This document shows positions 9,808-20,628 of a stretch of DNA of 64,000 nt, one piece after another. Below the pieces are notes generated by a model, which was given only the letters and a program-made list of their open reading frames with translations, searched no databases and was not told the origin of the DNA. This DNA comes from Cyclobacteriaceae bacterium (GTDB taxonomy: Bacteria > Bacteroidota > Bacteroidia > Cytophagales > Cyclobacteriaceae), in NCBI GenBank assembly GCA_947457095.1, contig CANGUK010000001.1:3064-67063 (forward strand). The letters run 5' to 3'. The number at the start of each line of letters is the position of its first letter. Position 1 is the stretch's first letter. The position numbers were made by a program, and so were the translations under genes.

Positions 9808-10245
9808 ATGAAAAAAGGAGCATTCCTTATCGGTTTACTTTTGGCTTTAGCCACTTTTTCCCAGCAGACGTATGCCCAAGGGGTATGGAAAAGTTTGTCT
9901 GAGGTGACTTACAAAATCAGCAAGGATAATTTTGGAGAACTCTATGTGCCTGTTTTTTCCGAAAACATTAAAAAAATAGAGGGCAAGGTCGTGGAGGCGG
10001 ATGGCTACATCATCCCATTTGAAGGCATGTTTAAGCCCAATCACATCATCCTATCCAGTCTTCCGCTTGCTGAATGCTTCTTCTGCGGATCTGGAGGGCC
10101 AGAAACAGTCATGGAAGCGATGCTTACCAAGCCCATCAAGTACACCTCCAAGCGGGTGAAGATTCGTGGCAAGCTCACCCTCAATGCAAATGACCCTGAA
10201 AAGTTGATGTACATCCTCAAAGAGGCAGTGCTCGTCGAAAACTAA
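9808..10245 (+). CDS. Secreted DUF3299-like protein
   Basis: Signal peptide; GYIIP and CFFC motif; follows the ABC pair. Confidence 0.7.
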   Translation: MKKGAFLIGLLLALATFSQQTYAQGVWKSLSEVTYKISKDNFGELYVPVFSENIKKIEGKVVEADGYIIPFEGMFKPNHIILSSLPLAECFFCGSGGPETVMEAMLTKPIKYTSKRVKIRGKLTLNANDPEKLMYILKEAVLVEN

Positions 10246-10258
10246 ATCGACTGGTTTT

Positions 10259-11086
10259 TTATTTGGTGCTGAGGTAGGCTTTTTCGCGCTCGCGGAATTT
10301 TGCCATTAAATCCAAACAGACCTTTCCCACTTTTCCAGAGCCTACTTTTCGATCGTCAATCTGTGTGACGGGCAATAAAATCTTGGTGGTTGCTGAGATA
10401 AAGGCTTCATCTGCTTCCCAAACTTCTTCCAAAGAAATTGGTCGGATCTGTACATCTCCAGCCACTGCCAGCAAGTTCTTTCGAGTAATGCCCAACAGAA
10501 TGTGTTTATCTGGCGTGTGGATGACCCCATCTTTGACGATGAAGAAATTGCTTCGTGAACTTTCACTCACCCAACCATTCCAGTGGTACAAGACGTCCTC
10601 TGCACCTTCCTGCTTCCAACGCATGCTGTGCCAGACGGGAAGGGTGTAGTTGGTGGTTTTGATGTCTGCTATCGCCCGCACATGTTCCACAGTCAGTAAT
10701 TTGACGCCCTGCTGGTACTTTTCTTCGGAAGGGAAACTCAGTTCCTCTCCAAACATAAACAGGGTGCCGGTTGCAGGCGAAAAGTGATTTTCGGATACGC
10801 CCCCAGTCAAGACCATGCGGATTCCGCCTTGCTCCAAGTCATTTTTGGCGATCAATTCTGAAATGATAGCACGTAATTCTTCACGTGAATAAGGAAGAGG
10901 CAAAAAGGTTTTCGCTGCGGATGCAGTAAATCGATCTAAGTAATCTTCTAAAAACACAGGTCGATACTGCTCGGTCCGGAAAAAATCAAAAATCCCGTAG
11001 CCACGAATTACGGCCAAATCAGCGGGATGAAGGCGAGCATCTTGAGTTGGGATAATGTTCCCATCGGCAAAACAGAATGGTTTCAT
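10259..11086 (-). CDS. Class IV PLP aminotransferase (D-amino-acid/BCAT-like)
   Basis: RGYGIFD, IKTTNY catalytic Lys, SESSRSNFF, LLGITR, ADEAF. Confidence 0.9.
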   Translation of the reverse strand: MKPFCFADGNIIPTQDARLHPADLAVIRGYGIFDFFRTEQYRPVFLEDYLDRFTASAAKTFLPLPYSREELRAIISELIAKNDLEQGGIRMVLTGGVSENHFSPATGTLFMFGEELSFPSEEKYQQGVKLLTVEHVRAIADIKTTNYTLPVWHSMRWKQEGAEDVLYHWNGWVSESSRSNFFIVKDGVIHTPDKHILLGITRKNLLAVAGDVQIRPISLEEVWEADEAFISATTKILLPVTQIDDRKVGSGKVGKVCLDLMAKFREREKAYLSTK

Positions 11087-11193
11087 AGCATCAAAGTGAG
11101 TAATCAAAATTAGAACTTAAATTCACATCGGCTTTGTAGAAGGCCACAGATTCTTTTTTAATTTTGAAATTAATTAAACTAACCTTCCTCTGC

Positions 11194-11616
11194 ATGAAAT
11201 TTTTCGCACCTGTCTTGATTCTTTTTCTTTCCTTTTTAGCCCTTTCCTGTGCCAATCCCTTGATCGAAGCAAATAAAGAGATGCGTGCACAATTAATCGG
11301 AGTGCACGATGAAGTGATGTCCAAGATGGGAGAATTGATGTCCTTGCAAAAGAAAGCCTTGGCCCAAGCAGATAGTTTGTATGCGCAAGACAGCACGGCC
11401 ACCGCTCAAATTGAATCCATGCGATCTCTGGCTGCCCAACTTGACCAGGCCTATGAGGGGATGTTTGTTTGGATGCGGCAATACTCCTTAGATGAGGAGG
11501 GAAAAACTCCCGAGGAAATCAAAACGTACTTGGACGATCAATTGCTGAAAGTCAATCAAGTAAACGCGGATATCAAAGCCGCTTTAGATAAAGCAGCAAT
11601 CCAATTGAAAGACTAA
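11194..11616 (+). CDS. Hypothetical helical lipoprotein
   Basis: Lipobox ALSC; HDEVM and MFVWM motifs; coiled-coil character. Confidence 0.75.
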   Translation: MKFFAPVLILFLSFLALSCANPLIEANKEMRAQLIGVHDEVMSKMGELMSLQKKALAQADSLYAQDSTATAQIESMRSLAAQLDQAYEGMFVWMRQYSLDEEGKTPEEIKTYLDDQLLKVNQVNADIKAALDKAAIQLKD

Positions 11617-12065
11617 TTTCCTGCTGGCGGGGTTTTCAAATAGCCCTCCACCCGAGGTGCATCGATGACCCCTTCGCTCATGCCCCAACTGTTATACAGG
11701 TAGGTGGAGATTTGGGCTAGTTCCAATGGGCTAAGGCTGGGATTGGCTGGCATGGCTTGGTTGTAGACCTGTCCATTGACCACATTCTCTCCGGCTTTGC
11801 CATGCTTCATAATCCATACACTTCGGTGAATATCCGCTGTGAAATAATCCGCATCTCGAAGGGGAGGAATGAGTTTTCCTAAGCCAGTTCCATCTTTCTG
11901 GTGGCAGTTGGCACAATAATTTTCATACAACTCCTTTCCAGGAATCGCAAATTGTAGGACTTCAGGATCAGAAATTTGAGCAAGCGTATTGACATCGCTA
12001 CTTGCTTTGGGGGCACAGGAAACGGCAAAAAGACCAAAAATTAGTAGAGAAGCCAGTAGTCTCAC
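11613..12065 (-). CDS. Monoheme cytochrome c lipoprotein
   Basis: Lipobox AVSC; CANCH; GKLIPPL; distal Met in AMP. Confidence 0.9.
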   Translation of the reverse strand: MRLLASLLIFGLFAVSCAPKASSDVNTLAQISDPEVLQFAIPGKELYENYCANCHQKDGTGLGKLIPPLRDADYFTADIHRSVWIMKHGKAGENVVNGQVYNQAMPANPSLSPLELAQISTYLYNSWGMSEGVIDAPRVEGYLKTPPAGN

Positions 12066-12706
12066 GGCTTGAGTAGTTTTGGGATGTCGGCAAGCAATCG
12101 GTCTACTTGTTCGGCTTTGGTACCGTCATACACCCCACGGATTCTTCCTTGCTGGTCAACGAGTAGGAATGCTCCACTGTGTAGAAATCCCCCAGGCTCT
12201 AGTTCATCCGCCATGGTGGTAGTCAAGTAACTGGTTTGTCCAATTTCAAAGATTTTTTCCTGATCTCCCGTCAAAAAATTCCAAGTAGCTGCATCGGGCA
12301 CTCCTAGTTTATTTGCGTAATCTTGAAGAACTGCCTGGGTGTCATGGGTAGGATCGATGGTATGGCTTAGGATTCGGAAATTAGGGTCTCCCTTAAACTG
12401 CTCGTACACCCGAAGCATTTCTTTTTTCATGACCGGGCAGATGGTAGGGCAGGTGGTAAAAAAGAAATCTGCTACATACACTTTACCTGCCATATCTTCC
12501 TTTCGGACGGTATCACCCAGTTGGTTGATAAAGGCAAAATCAGCAATGCTGTGGTACACCGTATCTTGATTGTCATCCACGTAGCGTTCGCCAAGTATGG
12601 GTAATTCCGAAATGGTGGTTTCTTCTTTTTTTGAAGGACTGCAGGCTAGGGAAAAAGCCATCAGTGCCAACAGGAAGGTAGTTTTTATCGCAGCTATTCG
12701 ATTCAT
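12062..12706 (-). CDS. SCO family copper chaperone
   Basis: FFFTTCPTICP and HSGAFLLVD motifs; lipobox. Confidence 0.95.
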   Translation of the reverse strand: MNRIAAIKTTFLLALMAFSLACSPSKKEETTISELPILGERYVDDNQDTVYHSIADFAFINQLGDTVRKEDMAGKVYVADFFFTTCPTICPVMKKEMLRVYEQFKGDPNFRILSHTIDPTHDTQAVLQDYANKLGVPDAATWNFLTGDQEKIFEIGQTSYLTTTMADELEPGGFLHSGAFLLVDQQGRIRGVYDGTKAEQVDRLLADIPKLLKP

Positions 12707-13236
12707 TTCGTTCTGTATTTTTTATAAACTTTGATGGCGAGTAGTAGTACCACAAAAAGTCCAATTAGTCCCAACATTCCCCATAGCATGCTGATTGTAT
12801 TTTTCAAGACGATCAAGAATACAATGGCAAAGAGCAGTAGGGTAGAAACTTCATTCCAAAGGCGCAGCTGGGTGGAAGTCCAACGGGCTTCTCCACGTTG
12901 CAGCCTAGAAAATAGCACCTGGCTGTAGCCGTGGTATACGTAAAGCAAGGCTACAAAGATCAGTTTGGCCTGCATAAATTCCTGTTGGAGGTAGCCCCAG
13001 CGGTAGGTCAGCACCCAAAACCCAAAAATCAGCGTCAGGATTGCCGAAGGCCAAGTAATGATGTACCACAACCTGCGTGCCATCAGGTCGAGTTGTGGCT
13101 TCAGGATAAGGCGTTCGTGTTCGGGTTTTTCGAGTGCTTCGGTTTGGTAAATAAACAGGCGCACAATGTAAAAAAGGCCTGCAAACCAGGTGACAATAAA
13201 AATCAGGTGCAGCGCCTTGATGTATTCGAATCCCAT
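12703..13236 (-). CDS. hemJ: Protoporphyrinogen oxidase HemJ (CopD family)
   Basis: KALHLIFIVTWFAGLFYIVRLFIY; RLWNEV. Confidence 0.9.
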   Translation of the reverse strand: MGFEYIKALHLIFIVTWFAGLFYIVRLFIYQTEALEKPEHERLILKPQLDLMARRLWYIITWPSAILTLIFGFWVLTYRWGYLQQEFMQAKLIFVALLYVYHGYSQVLFSRLQRGEARWTSTQLRLWNEVSTLLLFAIVFLIVLKNTISMLWGMLGLIGLFVVLLLAIKVYKKYRTK

Positions 13237-13291
13237 TGTCAAAATTTTAGGCTAAATTAAGGGCTTCAGCCTACAAACCCGCGATAAATTT

Positions 13292-13696
13292 TTGAAAAGA
13301 CCATCTGCCCTCATTATAATCCTTGGCATCACTGTTTTTATAATTCTAGCTATGATCGTGAAGGAAAGCTTTTCCGAACAAGGAATCGCTGCCTACCAAG
13401 ACCAGTTTGAGGAAGTGGGCTACTACAGGAATGAGAATAATACCGGACCTGTACTGCGGATCTATGCCTACCGAACCCAGGTGGAGGATCCAGAAGTATT
13501 GAAATCCTTTGCCGACCTGCTTCCACACACGAAGTACGGTCGTACTCTGGTGTTTTTTGTGAATGAATCTGTGAAGGCTCCGGTGGTACTCTCCCCAGAA
13601 AGTCCGTATTTTCCTGCATCCTTGAGCCCTTCCATTTTTGCGAAGTATGAAAAAACACCGATGGGGGAACAACAACTTGAATTGGTCAAGCCATGA
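13292..13696 (+). CDS. Hypothetical membrane-anchored protein
   Basis: N-terminal TM helix; ATGA overlap with meaB; TTG start uncertain. Confidence 0.7.
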   Translation: MKRPSALIIILGITVFIILAMIVKESFSEQGIAAYQDQFEEVGYYRNENNTGPVLRIYAYRTQVEDPEVLKSFADLLPHTKYGRTLVFFVNESVKAPVVLSPESPYFPASLSPSIFAKYEKTPMGEQQLELVKP

Positions 13697-14682
13697 GAAA
13701 AAGACGATCGCTTTCAGAATTCAAAGCCGGAATAATAGCTGGAGATCGAGTAGTGCTTGCCCAGGCCATTACGCTAGTTGAGAGCGAACTGCCTTCAGAT
13801 CAAACTTTAGCCACGGACTTAATCCAAGAAATTTTGCCTTACACTGGAAATTCCTTTCGGATTGGAATTACCGGTGTACCCGGTGTCGGTAAAAGTAGTT
13901 TTATCGAAGTTTTTGGAACGCGCCAATTGGATGCAGGCAAGAAAGTGGCGGTCTTGGCGGTAGATCCCAGCAGTTCCCTATCCAAGGGGAGTATTTTGGG
14001 AGACAAGACCCGCATGGAACAATTGGCCTTGGATAAGCGCGCCTTTATCCGTCCCAGTCCCTCGCGAAGTACCTTGGGAGGTGTGGCAGGAAAAACTCGG
14101 GAGGCCATCCTCCTTTGTGAGGCGGCAGGTTTTGACCTGATTTTAGTGGAGACAGTAGGAGTAGGGCAAAGTGAAACCGCAGTGAAAAACATGGTTGATT
14201 TTTTCCTATTACTGCTGCTTGCTGGAGCAGGGGATGAACTGCAGGGGATTAAAAAAGGTATTGTAGAAATGGCCGATGGCTTTTTGATCCATAAGGCTGA
14301 TGGAGACAACTTGGATTTGGCGGCTCAAGCTAAGGTTGCCTACCAAAACGCGGTGCACCTTCTGCCTCCAAGCGAGAAAGGTTGGGCTCCCAAGTTGCTG
14401 CTTGGATCTTCGCTTACTGGCTTGGGGATGCCGGAATTGGAAGTGATTTTAACTACTTACCAAGAACAGATGAAGGGGTCCGGATTTTGGGATGCTGCTC
14501 GAGGCTTGCAGCGACTGACCTGGTTGGAAGATCAGATCCAGGAAGTATTGGGTCGGGCGTTTGTGAATCATCCCGGAGTTAAGGAAATCTTGGAAAGGGA
14601 AAAGCCGGCGGTTCAATCTGGATTGCTTAGTCCTACCTTACTTGCTCAACAGGCGGTGGACCTGTTTTTATCCAAAAAATAG
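13693..14682 (+). CDS. meaB: Methylmalonyl-CoA mutase-associated GTPase MeaB/ArgK
   Basis: GITGVPGVGKS, VDPSS, GDKTRM, ETVGVGQSE, GAGDELQGIKKG. Confidence 0.95.
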   Translation: MRKRRSLSEFKAGIIAGDRVVLAQAITLVESELPSDQTLATDLIQEILPYTGNSFRIGITGVPGVGKSSFIEVFGTRQLDAGKKVAVLAVDPSSSLSKGSILGDKTRMEQLALDKRAFIRPSPSRSTLGGVAGKTREAILLCEAAGFDLILVETVGVGQSETAVKNMVDFFLLLLLAGAGDELQGIKKGIVEMADGFLIHKADGDNLDLAAQAKVAYQNAVHLLPPSEKGWAPKLLLGSSLTGLGMPELEVILTTYQEQMKGSGFWDAARGLQRLTWLEDQIQEVLGRAFVNHPGVKEILEREKPAVQSGLLSPTLLAQQAVDLFLSKK

Positions 14683-14709
14683 TAGGGAGAGAAAAGGAAG
14701 TTATGCGCC

Positions 14710-16128
14710 TCAATAGGAGCGCATCTTGAATTTCTTTTTCAATTCATTGACTGCATTGCGGAAGGAAGTATCCGTTTCCATAATGTCATTGACCGTTTGA
14801 ATGGCATGAATCACTGTACTGTGGTCTCGACCTCCAAAGTGGTAGCCAATGGATTTCAAGGAATGATTGGTGAAATCTTTACAAAAATACATGGCCACTT
14901 GTCGGGCGATTACGATTTCCTTTTTTCTTGTTTTATCCTTCAGTTCCTCTACTTGGATGCCGTAGTAATCGGCAACAGCCTTTTGGATAAAATCAATCCC
15001 AACTTCCGTTTCAATATCCTTGATGAAATTCTTGATGATGGACTTGGCCAATTCAAGACTCACTTCCACCCGATTGAGGGAAGCATGCGCAATAAGTGAG
15101 ATCAGAATGCCTTCCAATTCCCGCACATTGGTGTCCACCGTGTAGGCCAGGTATTCGATTACCGTATCCGGGATATTAATCCCCTCTGACTCCATTTTAC
15201 GACGGATGATGGCCACTCTCGTCTCAAAATCAGGCATTTGCAGATCTGCTGTCAATCCCCATTTGAATCGGGAAAGTAATCGCTCTTCTAGACCCTTCAA
15301 GTCCCTTGGAGGGCAGTCAGAAGTCATGATGATCTGCTTTTTGTTTTGATGGAGGTGATTGAAAATATGGAAGAACATCTCCTGAGTCCTGTCCTTGCCT
15401 GCCAAAAATTGGATGTCGTCGATGATCAACACATCCACCTGCATGTAAAAATTGGTGAAGTTTTTCACGTTGCCATCTTTGATGGAATCCATGAATTGGT
15501 TCACAAACTTTTCGGAAGACACGTAGAGAACAAATTTCTCTCCCGGTCCATTTTTTATCTCGTTACCAATGGCTTGTACCAGGTGGGTTTTGCCCAAACC
15601 TACTCCTCCATAGACCATCAAGGGATTGAAGGAAGTGATTCCTGGCTTGCTTGCTACCGCAAATCCAGCGGATCTGGCTAGGCGATTGCAATCACCTTCG
15701 ATGTAACTTATAAAGGTATAGTTCGGATTCAGGTTGCTCTGCGTAAGGAGTCCTGCATCCAGGGATTGCATTTCGAAAGGAGTTTTTACCTCTTGAGGAG
15801 TTGATCCAGTCTTTTTGTTGCTGGCATTTCCCTGCGGAAAAGAAACCACGTAGGGTTGATTGCTTGGGTTGCCCTTGTCTACCACTACTGCATATTCGAG
15901 TCGACCTGTAGCACCCAAGGTATTTTTGATTGCCAACTTGAGTTCTTCCACGTAATTGTCCTCCAACCATTCGTAGAAGAATTGGCTAGGAACCTGTATG
16001 GTAAGTGTGGATCCTTCCAGTTTTACGGGCACAATAGGCTTAAACCAGGTGGAATAGCTCTGCTCATTGACGTGTTGTTCGATTACACGCAAGCATTCAC
16101 TCCATACAGCATTGGCTTCTGAACTCAT
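14710..16128 (-). CDS. dnaA: Chromosomal replication initiator DnaA
   Basis: YGGVGLGKTHL, IDDIQF, RLLSRF, GGRDHSTVIHA. Confidence 0.98.
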   Translation of the reverse strand: MSSEANAVWSECLRVIEQHVNEQSYSTWFKPIVPVKLEGSTLTIQVPSQFFYEWLEDNYVEELKLAIKNTLGATGRLEYAVVVDKGNPSNQPYVVSFPQGNASNKKTGSTPQEVKTPFEMQSLDAGLLTQSNLNPNYTFISYIEGDCNRLARSAGFAVASKPGITSFNPLMVYGGVGLGKTHLVQAIGNEIKNGPGEKFVLYVSSEKFVNQFMDSIKDGNVKNFTNFYMQVDVLIIDDIQFLAGKDRTQEMFFHIFNHLHQNKKQIIMTSDCPPRDLKGLEERLLSRFKWGLTADLQMPDFETRVAIIRRKMESEGINIPDTVIEYLAYTVDTNVRELEGILISLIAHASLNRVEVSLELAKSIIKNFIKDIETEVGIDFIQKAVADYYGIQVEELKDKTRKKEIVIARQVAMYFCKDFTNHSLKSIGYHFGGRDHSTVIHAIQTVNDIMETDTSFRNAVNELKKKFKMRSY

Positions 16129-16184
16129 TCTGAAGATATAGGATTCACACTAATGTCAAAAGTTGACAAAGAGGGGAACAAAAA

Positions 16185-16193
16185 TGTGGATAA
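16185..16193 (-). promoter_or_regulatory. Perfect DnaA box upstream of dnaA
   Basis: TTATCCACA on the minus strand, overlapping a -7-like CATTTTTG (16186-16179). Confidence 0.75.
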
Positions 16194-16475
16194 TTAACTA
16201 AAATAAAAAATTCAAGAGGGAAGGATTCCTATTTTTTAAACATTTTTTATCGACTTGGGATTTGGTCAATCCATTCATTCGCAAAAAAAGGAATTTAGAT
16301 TCTTAAAATAGAGTTATAAAAAGATTGAGTTTTAATAACATCGCCAATTAAAATTCCGTGGTTGAGCATATCGCCGTCGGTTAGCTTGGTTCCGCTGTAT
16401 TTGTTTGTCTCCTTTCGGAGCAATTTGATTTGGAATAGTTAATTTTGGTCTTTCGCTTTTCCAAGTTTGATTTTT

Positions 16476-17864
16476 ATGGAGCAGGATTTGTTTTCAGAAT
16501 TCCCCGATACCACTAAGGAAGATTGGTTGAGGCAAGCTACGGCAGACCTCAAGGGTAAGGGTGATGCCCAAGGTTTGGGGAGCAGGCTTTGGGATACAAT
16601 TCCCATGCAGCCCCTGTATGCCTTGGAAGATCTGGTAAATCCTGTCAAGCAGCGCCGATTTCATGCCCCATCCGAATTTCCGGGGATGCCTCCCCGCCTC
16701 TGGACCAATGTGGTCACCGTATTGCCAAGCGACACGAATGCCGAGGTCCTTGCTGCCCTTGAAAATGGAGCAGAGGGATTGGTTTTGCCACTCCATGGAA
16801 CTGAGGATCTACAGGAAATATTGGCGGGGGTGATGCCCCAATACATTTCGATTTATTTGCTTCCATTGGGAAATCCTGTGTCCGCGCTTCAGCTTTTTCA
16901 AGACTGGGTGGAAAGCACAGGGGTAGACGGATCAAGCCTTCATGGCGGGATGTTGTGGAGTCCTGCAGACCAAGTTTTTGATCAGCAGCAGGATATTGGC
17001 CTAGGGGTCGAAATATTGGAAGAGCTTTTAGAATTGACGGAAGGCTACCCCAACTTTAAGGCATTTTGCATCAAAACTTCCCGCTACACGGAGTCTGGGG
17101 CACATCCTTTGGATGCCCTAACCTTCGGTTTGGGGGAGTTGGTAGAAATTTTGGATCGGGTGTCTTGTGCACCAGGTATCGTATTTGAAAAGTTGTTTTT
17201 GGAAACTGCCGTAGGCGAGCAGCATTTCGGTGAAGTGGGGAGACAGCTAGCCTTTAGGCAGCTGGTTCAGAATTTAGCCTTGCTCTACAATGTAGAGCTG
17301 GAGGAGCAGGAGCTACTCCTTTTTTGCCAAACGGCCCATTGGTCTCAGTCCGTATTGGATGCCCATACCAATACCATACGACAAACCTACCAAGCGCTAT
17401 CAGCAGTTTTGGGTGGAGCGAATGTGCTTTGGGTGAGGCCTTTGGAGGAAGAGCAGGCGAGTACTCAGGAGCGCCGTATCGCTCGAAATGTCTCTGCCAT
17501 ATTGAAAGAAGAAGCCTATTTGGATAAGGTTCAAGATCCTGCTGCGGGTTCCTACTTTTTGGAAAATTTGGTGGCCGACCTTGTACAAGAAACCCAAACT
17601 GCCTTAACCCTGCTCGAGCAGGAAGGAGGCTGGTGGAAAGCATGTAAAGCAGGAACACTTCACAATCTTGTCAAAACGCAACGCGCCAAAATTCAAGGAG
17701 AGCTCTTGGATAAAACCAAGGTGAAAGTGGGGGCAAATGCCTATGCAGCGCCTGCAACCTTGAGTTACAACAAATCGCTACCTCCCTTTGAAGAAGCGGC
17801 ACATGAACTAAAGCCTACTCGTGCGGCCTATTTGGTTGAAAGTTTAACCCTTGACGCCCAATGA
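16476..17864 (+). CDS. mutA: Methylmalonyl-CoA mutase small (non-catalytic) subunit
   Basis: [37 protein letters not shown]; overlaps the large subunit. Confidence 0.85.
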   Translation: MEQDLFSEFPDTTKEDWLRQATADLKGKGDAQGLGSRLWDTIPMQPLYALEDLVNPVKQRRFHAPSEFPGMPPRLWTNVVTVLPSDTNAEVLAALENGAEGLVLPLHGTEDLQEILAGVMPQYISIYLLPLGNPVSALQLFQDWVESTGVDGSSLHGGMLWSPADQVFDQQQDIGLGVEILEELLELTEGYPNFKAFCIKTSRYTESGAHPLDALTFGLGELVEILDRVSCAPGIVFEKLFLETAVGEQHFGEVGRQLAFRQLVQNLALLYNVELEEQELLLFCQTAHWSQSVLDAHTNTIRQTYQALSAVLGGANVLWVRPLEEEQASTQERRIARNVSAILKEEAYLDKVQDPAAGSYFLENLVADLVQETQTALTLLEQEGGWWKACKAGTLHNLVKTQRAKIQGELLDKTKVKVGANAYAAPATLSYNKSLPPFEEAAHELKPTRAAYLVESLTLDAQ

Positions 17865-19984
17865 GACCAGATTTTAAGCAGTGGATTTCAAAAAGTGCTA
17901 CCAAGGCAGCGAAAGTTCCTGCCAGTATCTGGGAGTCACCAGAGCAGGTAGCTGTTCCTGATCAGTTTGATCCTGCAGCCATCGCTCAACTCCGCGGCTT
18001 ACATTTTACGGCAGGAATTGCCCCTTTTCTCCGTGGACCTTATGCGACCATGTATTTGCAGCGGCCTTGGACGATTCGCCAATATGCTGGATTTTCCACC
18101 GCTGAGGAGTCCAATGCCTTCTATCGTCGGAATTTGGCTGGAGGCCAGAAAGGTCTTTCCGTAGCTTTTGATTTGGCTACGCACCGGGGGTATGATTCGG
18201 ATCACCCACGCGTGCAAGGAGATGTAGGCAAGGCTGGGGTTGCTATCGATTCTGTGGAGGACATGAAGGTCTTGTTTGACCATATCCCCTTGGATCAAAT
18301 TTCGGTATCCATGACCATGAATGGGGCGGTCATTCCCATTTTGGCTTTTTTTATAGTAGCTGCGGAAGAGCAAGGAGTACACAGATCGGCACTTTCGGGC
18401 ACTATCCAAAATGACATTCTCAAGGAATTCATGGTTCGGAATACCTACATCTATCCCCCACAGGCCAGCATGCGGCTGATTGGGGATATTTTTGAATTTA
18501 CCTCCAAGGAGATGCCCAAATTCAATTCCATTTCCATCTCCGGTTACCACATGCAAGAGGCTGGGGCTACCGCGGATTTGGAATTGGCATACACCCTTGC
18601 GGATGGTTTGGAGTACCTTCGTACTGGTCTGAAGTCAGGGTTGGCGATTGATGATTTTGCGCCGCGACTTTCCTTCTTCTGGGGGGTAGGGATGAACTAT
18701 TTTATGGAGGTGGCCAAGTTGCGGGCGGGACGTTTGCTCTGGTCCAAGTTGGTGGCTCAGTTTGGCCCCAAGGATCCCAAGTCATTGGCTTTGCGTGCCC
18801 ATTGCCAAACTTCCGGTTGGTCACTCACCGAGCAGGATCCCTTCAACAACGTGACGCGAACAGCCATGGAGGCCTTGGCAGCGGTCATGGGACATACGCA
18901 ATCCCTACACACCAATTCCTTGGATGAGGCTATCGCGCTTCCTACAGATTTTTCAGCGCGCATAGCGCGAAACACGCAATTGGTGTTGCAACAAGAAACA
19001 GGGGTCACAGCTGTCGTAGACCCTTGGGGAGGGTCCTACTATGTGGAGTACCTCACGGATCAGTTGGCCAAAAGGGCCTGGAGCCTGATTGAAGAAGTGG
19101 AAAAACTGGGTGGGATGGCCAAAGCCATTGAAACTGGACTACCCAAACTCCGGATTGAAGAAGCTGCTGCCAAAAAGCAGGCTCGAATCGATGGAGGAAA
19201 GGATGTTATTGTTGGGGTCAATCGCTACCGAGTGGATGAAAAAACCGACTTGGAACTCTTGGAAGTGGACAATCACACGGTTCGGGATTCTCAAATTTTG
19301 CGTTTGCAGCAGGTAAAGAGCCAGCGAAATCAAGAGGAGGTAAGAGCCATTTTGGACCAAATTCGTGCTGCAGCAGCTTCTGGGGAAGGAAATTTACTGG
19401 CCTTGGCTATCGTTGCAGCAAGAAAAAGAGCTACTTTAGGAGAAATCTCCTTTGCCATGGAGCAGGCATTTGGGCGTCACAAAGCCCAAACCCAATCCAT
19501 CTCTGGAGTCTATGCAGCAGAAGTGAAACAGCAGAAATCATTTGTAGAGGCCCAGCGACTTTCGGATAGCTTCGCGCGACTCGAAGGACGGAGACCGCGT
19601 ATCCTAGTGGCAAAAATGGGTCAAGATGGTCACGATAGAGGAGCCAAAGTGATTGCTTCGGGTTTCTCTGATCTGGGCTTTGATGTGGATATTGGTCCGC
19701 TCTTTCAAACACCCCAAGAGGTAGCAGAGCAAGCCGTAGAAAATGACGTGCACCTGGTGGGCGTTTCTTCCTTGGCGGCTGGGCACAAGACCCTGATTCC
19801 GGAACTGATTTCCTGCTTACGCCAAATGGGGAGATCCGATATTCGGGTAGTTGCGGGTGGTGTAATCCCTGCCAAGGACTATGACTTTTTGAAAAAAGAG
19901 GGGGTTGTTGCGGTTTTTGGACCTGGAACTATCCTTTCAGAGGCTGCTTGTGAGATTTTAACAGTTCTGCTCCAAGAAGGATAG
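17861..19984 (+). CDS. scpA: Methylmalonyl-CoA mutase (B12-binding subunit)
   Basis: [20 protein letters not shown]12-binding [10 protein letters not shown]. Confidence 0.97.
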   Translation: MRPDFKQWISKSATKAAKVPASIWESPEQVAVPDQFDPAAIAQLRGLHFTAGIAPFLRGPYATMYLQRPWTIRQYAGFSTAEESNAFYRRNLAGGQKGLSVAFDLATHRGYDSDHPRVQGDVGKAGVAIDSVEDMKVLFDHIPLDQISVSMTMNGAVIPILAFFIVAAEEQGVHRSALSGTIQNDILKEFMVRNTYIYPPQASMRLIGDIFEFTSKEMPKFNSISISGYHMQEAGATADLELAYTLADGLEYLRTGLKSGLAIDDFAPRLSFFWGVGMNYFMEVAKLRAGRLLWSKLVAQFGPKDPKSLALRAHCQTSGWSLTEQDPFNNVTRTAMEALAAVMGHTQSLHTNSLDEAIALPTDFSARIARNTQLVLQQETGVTAVVDPWGGSYYVEYLTDQLAKRAWSLIEEVEKLGGMAKAIETGLPKLRIEEAAAKKQARIDGGKDVIVGVNRYRVDEKTDLELLEVDNHTVRDSQILRLQQVKSQRNQEEVRAILDQIRAAAASGEGNLLALAIVAARKRATLGEISFAMEQAFGRHKAQTQSISGVYAAEVKQQKSFVEAQRLSDSFARLEGRRPRILVAKMGQDGHDRGAKVIASGFSDLGFDVDIGPLFQTPQEVAEQAVENDVHLVGVSSLAAGHKTLIPELISCLRQMGRSDIRVVAGGVIPAKDYDFLKKEGVVAVFGPGTILSEAACEILTVLLQEG

Positions 19985-20123
19985 GTCCTTGGACCACCTG
20001 TTTGGGTACCACTGCGGATGAAAAAATCGTCCACTGATGACAGACCAAGTCTGCAGGCTAGCCACAGCTCATTTACGGAAACTCCAACCTGTATTTTCTA
20101 GTACAGAAGTGGATGTTAAAAAA

Positions 20124-20498
20124 TCAGTAAACTAATACCGCCTTGTTTCCTTCGCACTGTATGCTTTTTGGTGGACCTACGAGCATGCAATCCGAGACCA
20201 CACTGTTCTTCTCATTGTATGTTTTTTGTATTGCAGTAAAGCTCTGTACTAACTCTAGAAACCTCTTTTCTATACTTTGGTGGTAGGCAATGTAGCGAGT
20301 TGGACCTCCGCAGGCTTTGCTCCCCATAGGAGTAAATTTCCATTCTGAAGCATTGGTACAAGGGATTGATTCGGAAAGTTCGATAATCTCTGTTTGGTAG
20401 TTGAATATTTGTTCCGAAGTAATTGGGAGCGGTTCGGTCGAAGAGAGATCACAAGAGGCAACCACTAGTGAGATCAAAAAAACAGCAATTCGTTTCAT
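20124..20498 (-). CDS. Hypothetical Cys-containing lipoprotein
   Basis: Lipobox VASC; C...GSKACGGP...SDC...C pattern. Confidence 0.75.
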   Translation of the reverse strand: MKRIAVFLISLVVASCDLSSTEPLPITSEQIFNYQTEIIELSESIPCTNASEWKFTPMGSKACGGPTRYIAYHQSIEKRFLELVQSFTAIQKTYNEKNSVVSDCMLVGPPKSIQCEGNKAVLVY

Positions 20499-20555
20499 AG
20501 TTTATATTGTTTTTTTCTTGTAACGAATGGAATTAGGATTTGGGTACAAAAATTT

Positions 20556-20587
20556 AAAAAAAATAGCCCGATGTTTTCATCGAGCTA
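20556..20587 (-). terminator. Intrinsic terminator of the marR-reductase-ferredoxin operon
   Basis: TAGCTCGATG/CATCGGGCTA stem plus U-tract on minus. Confidence 0.75.
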
Positions 20588-20628
20588 AATTAGGTTCGTT
20601 TTTAACTATTAATAGCTGGTGAATTGGC

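Noticed and set aside
16340-16470. Cobalamin riboswitch upstream of methylmalonyl-CoA mutase
   Set aside because: Only a CCGCTGTA fragment; no GGGAA core or B12 box, and a -7 element (TAATTTTG, 16440) lies downstream of it.
20034-20080. CTGATGA followed by a CAGAC/GTCTG hairpin, resembling a hammerhead ribozyme
   Set aside because: Stem II is not followed by GAAA, and no consistent stems I and III with a UH site could be built.
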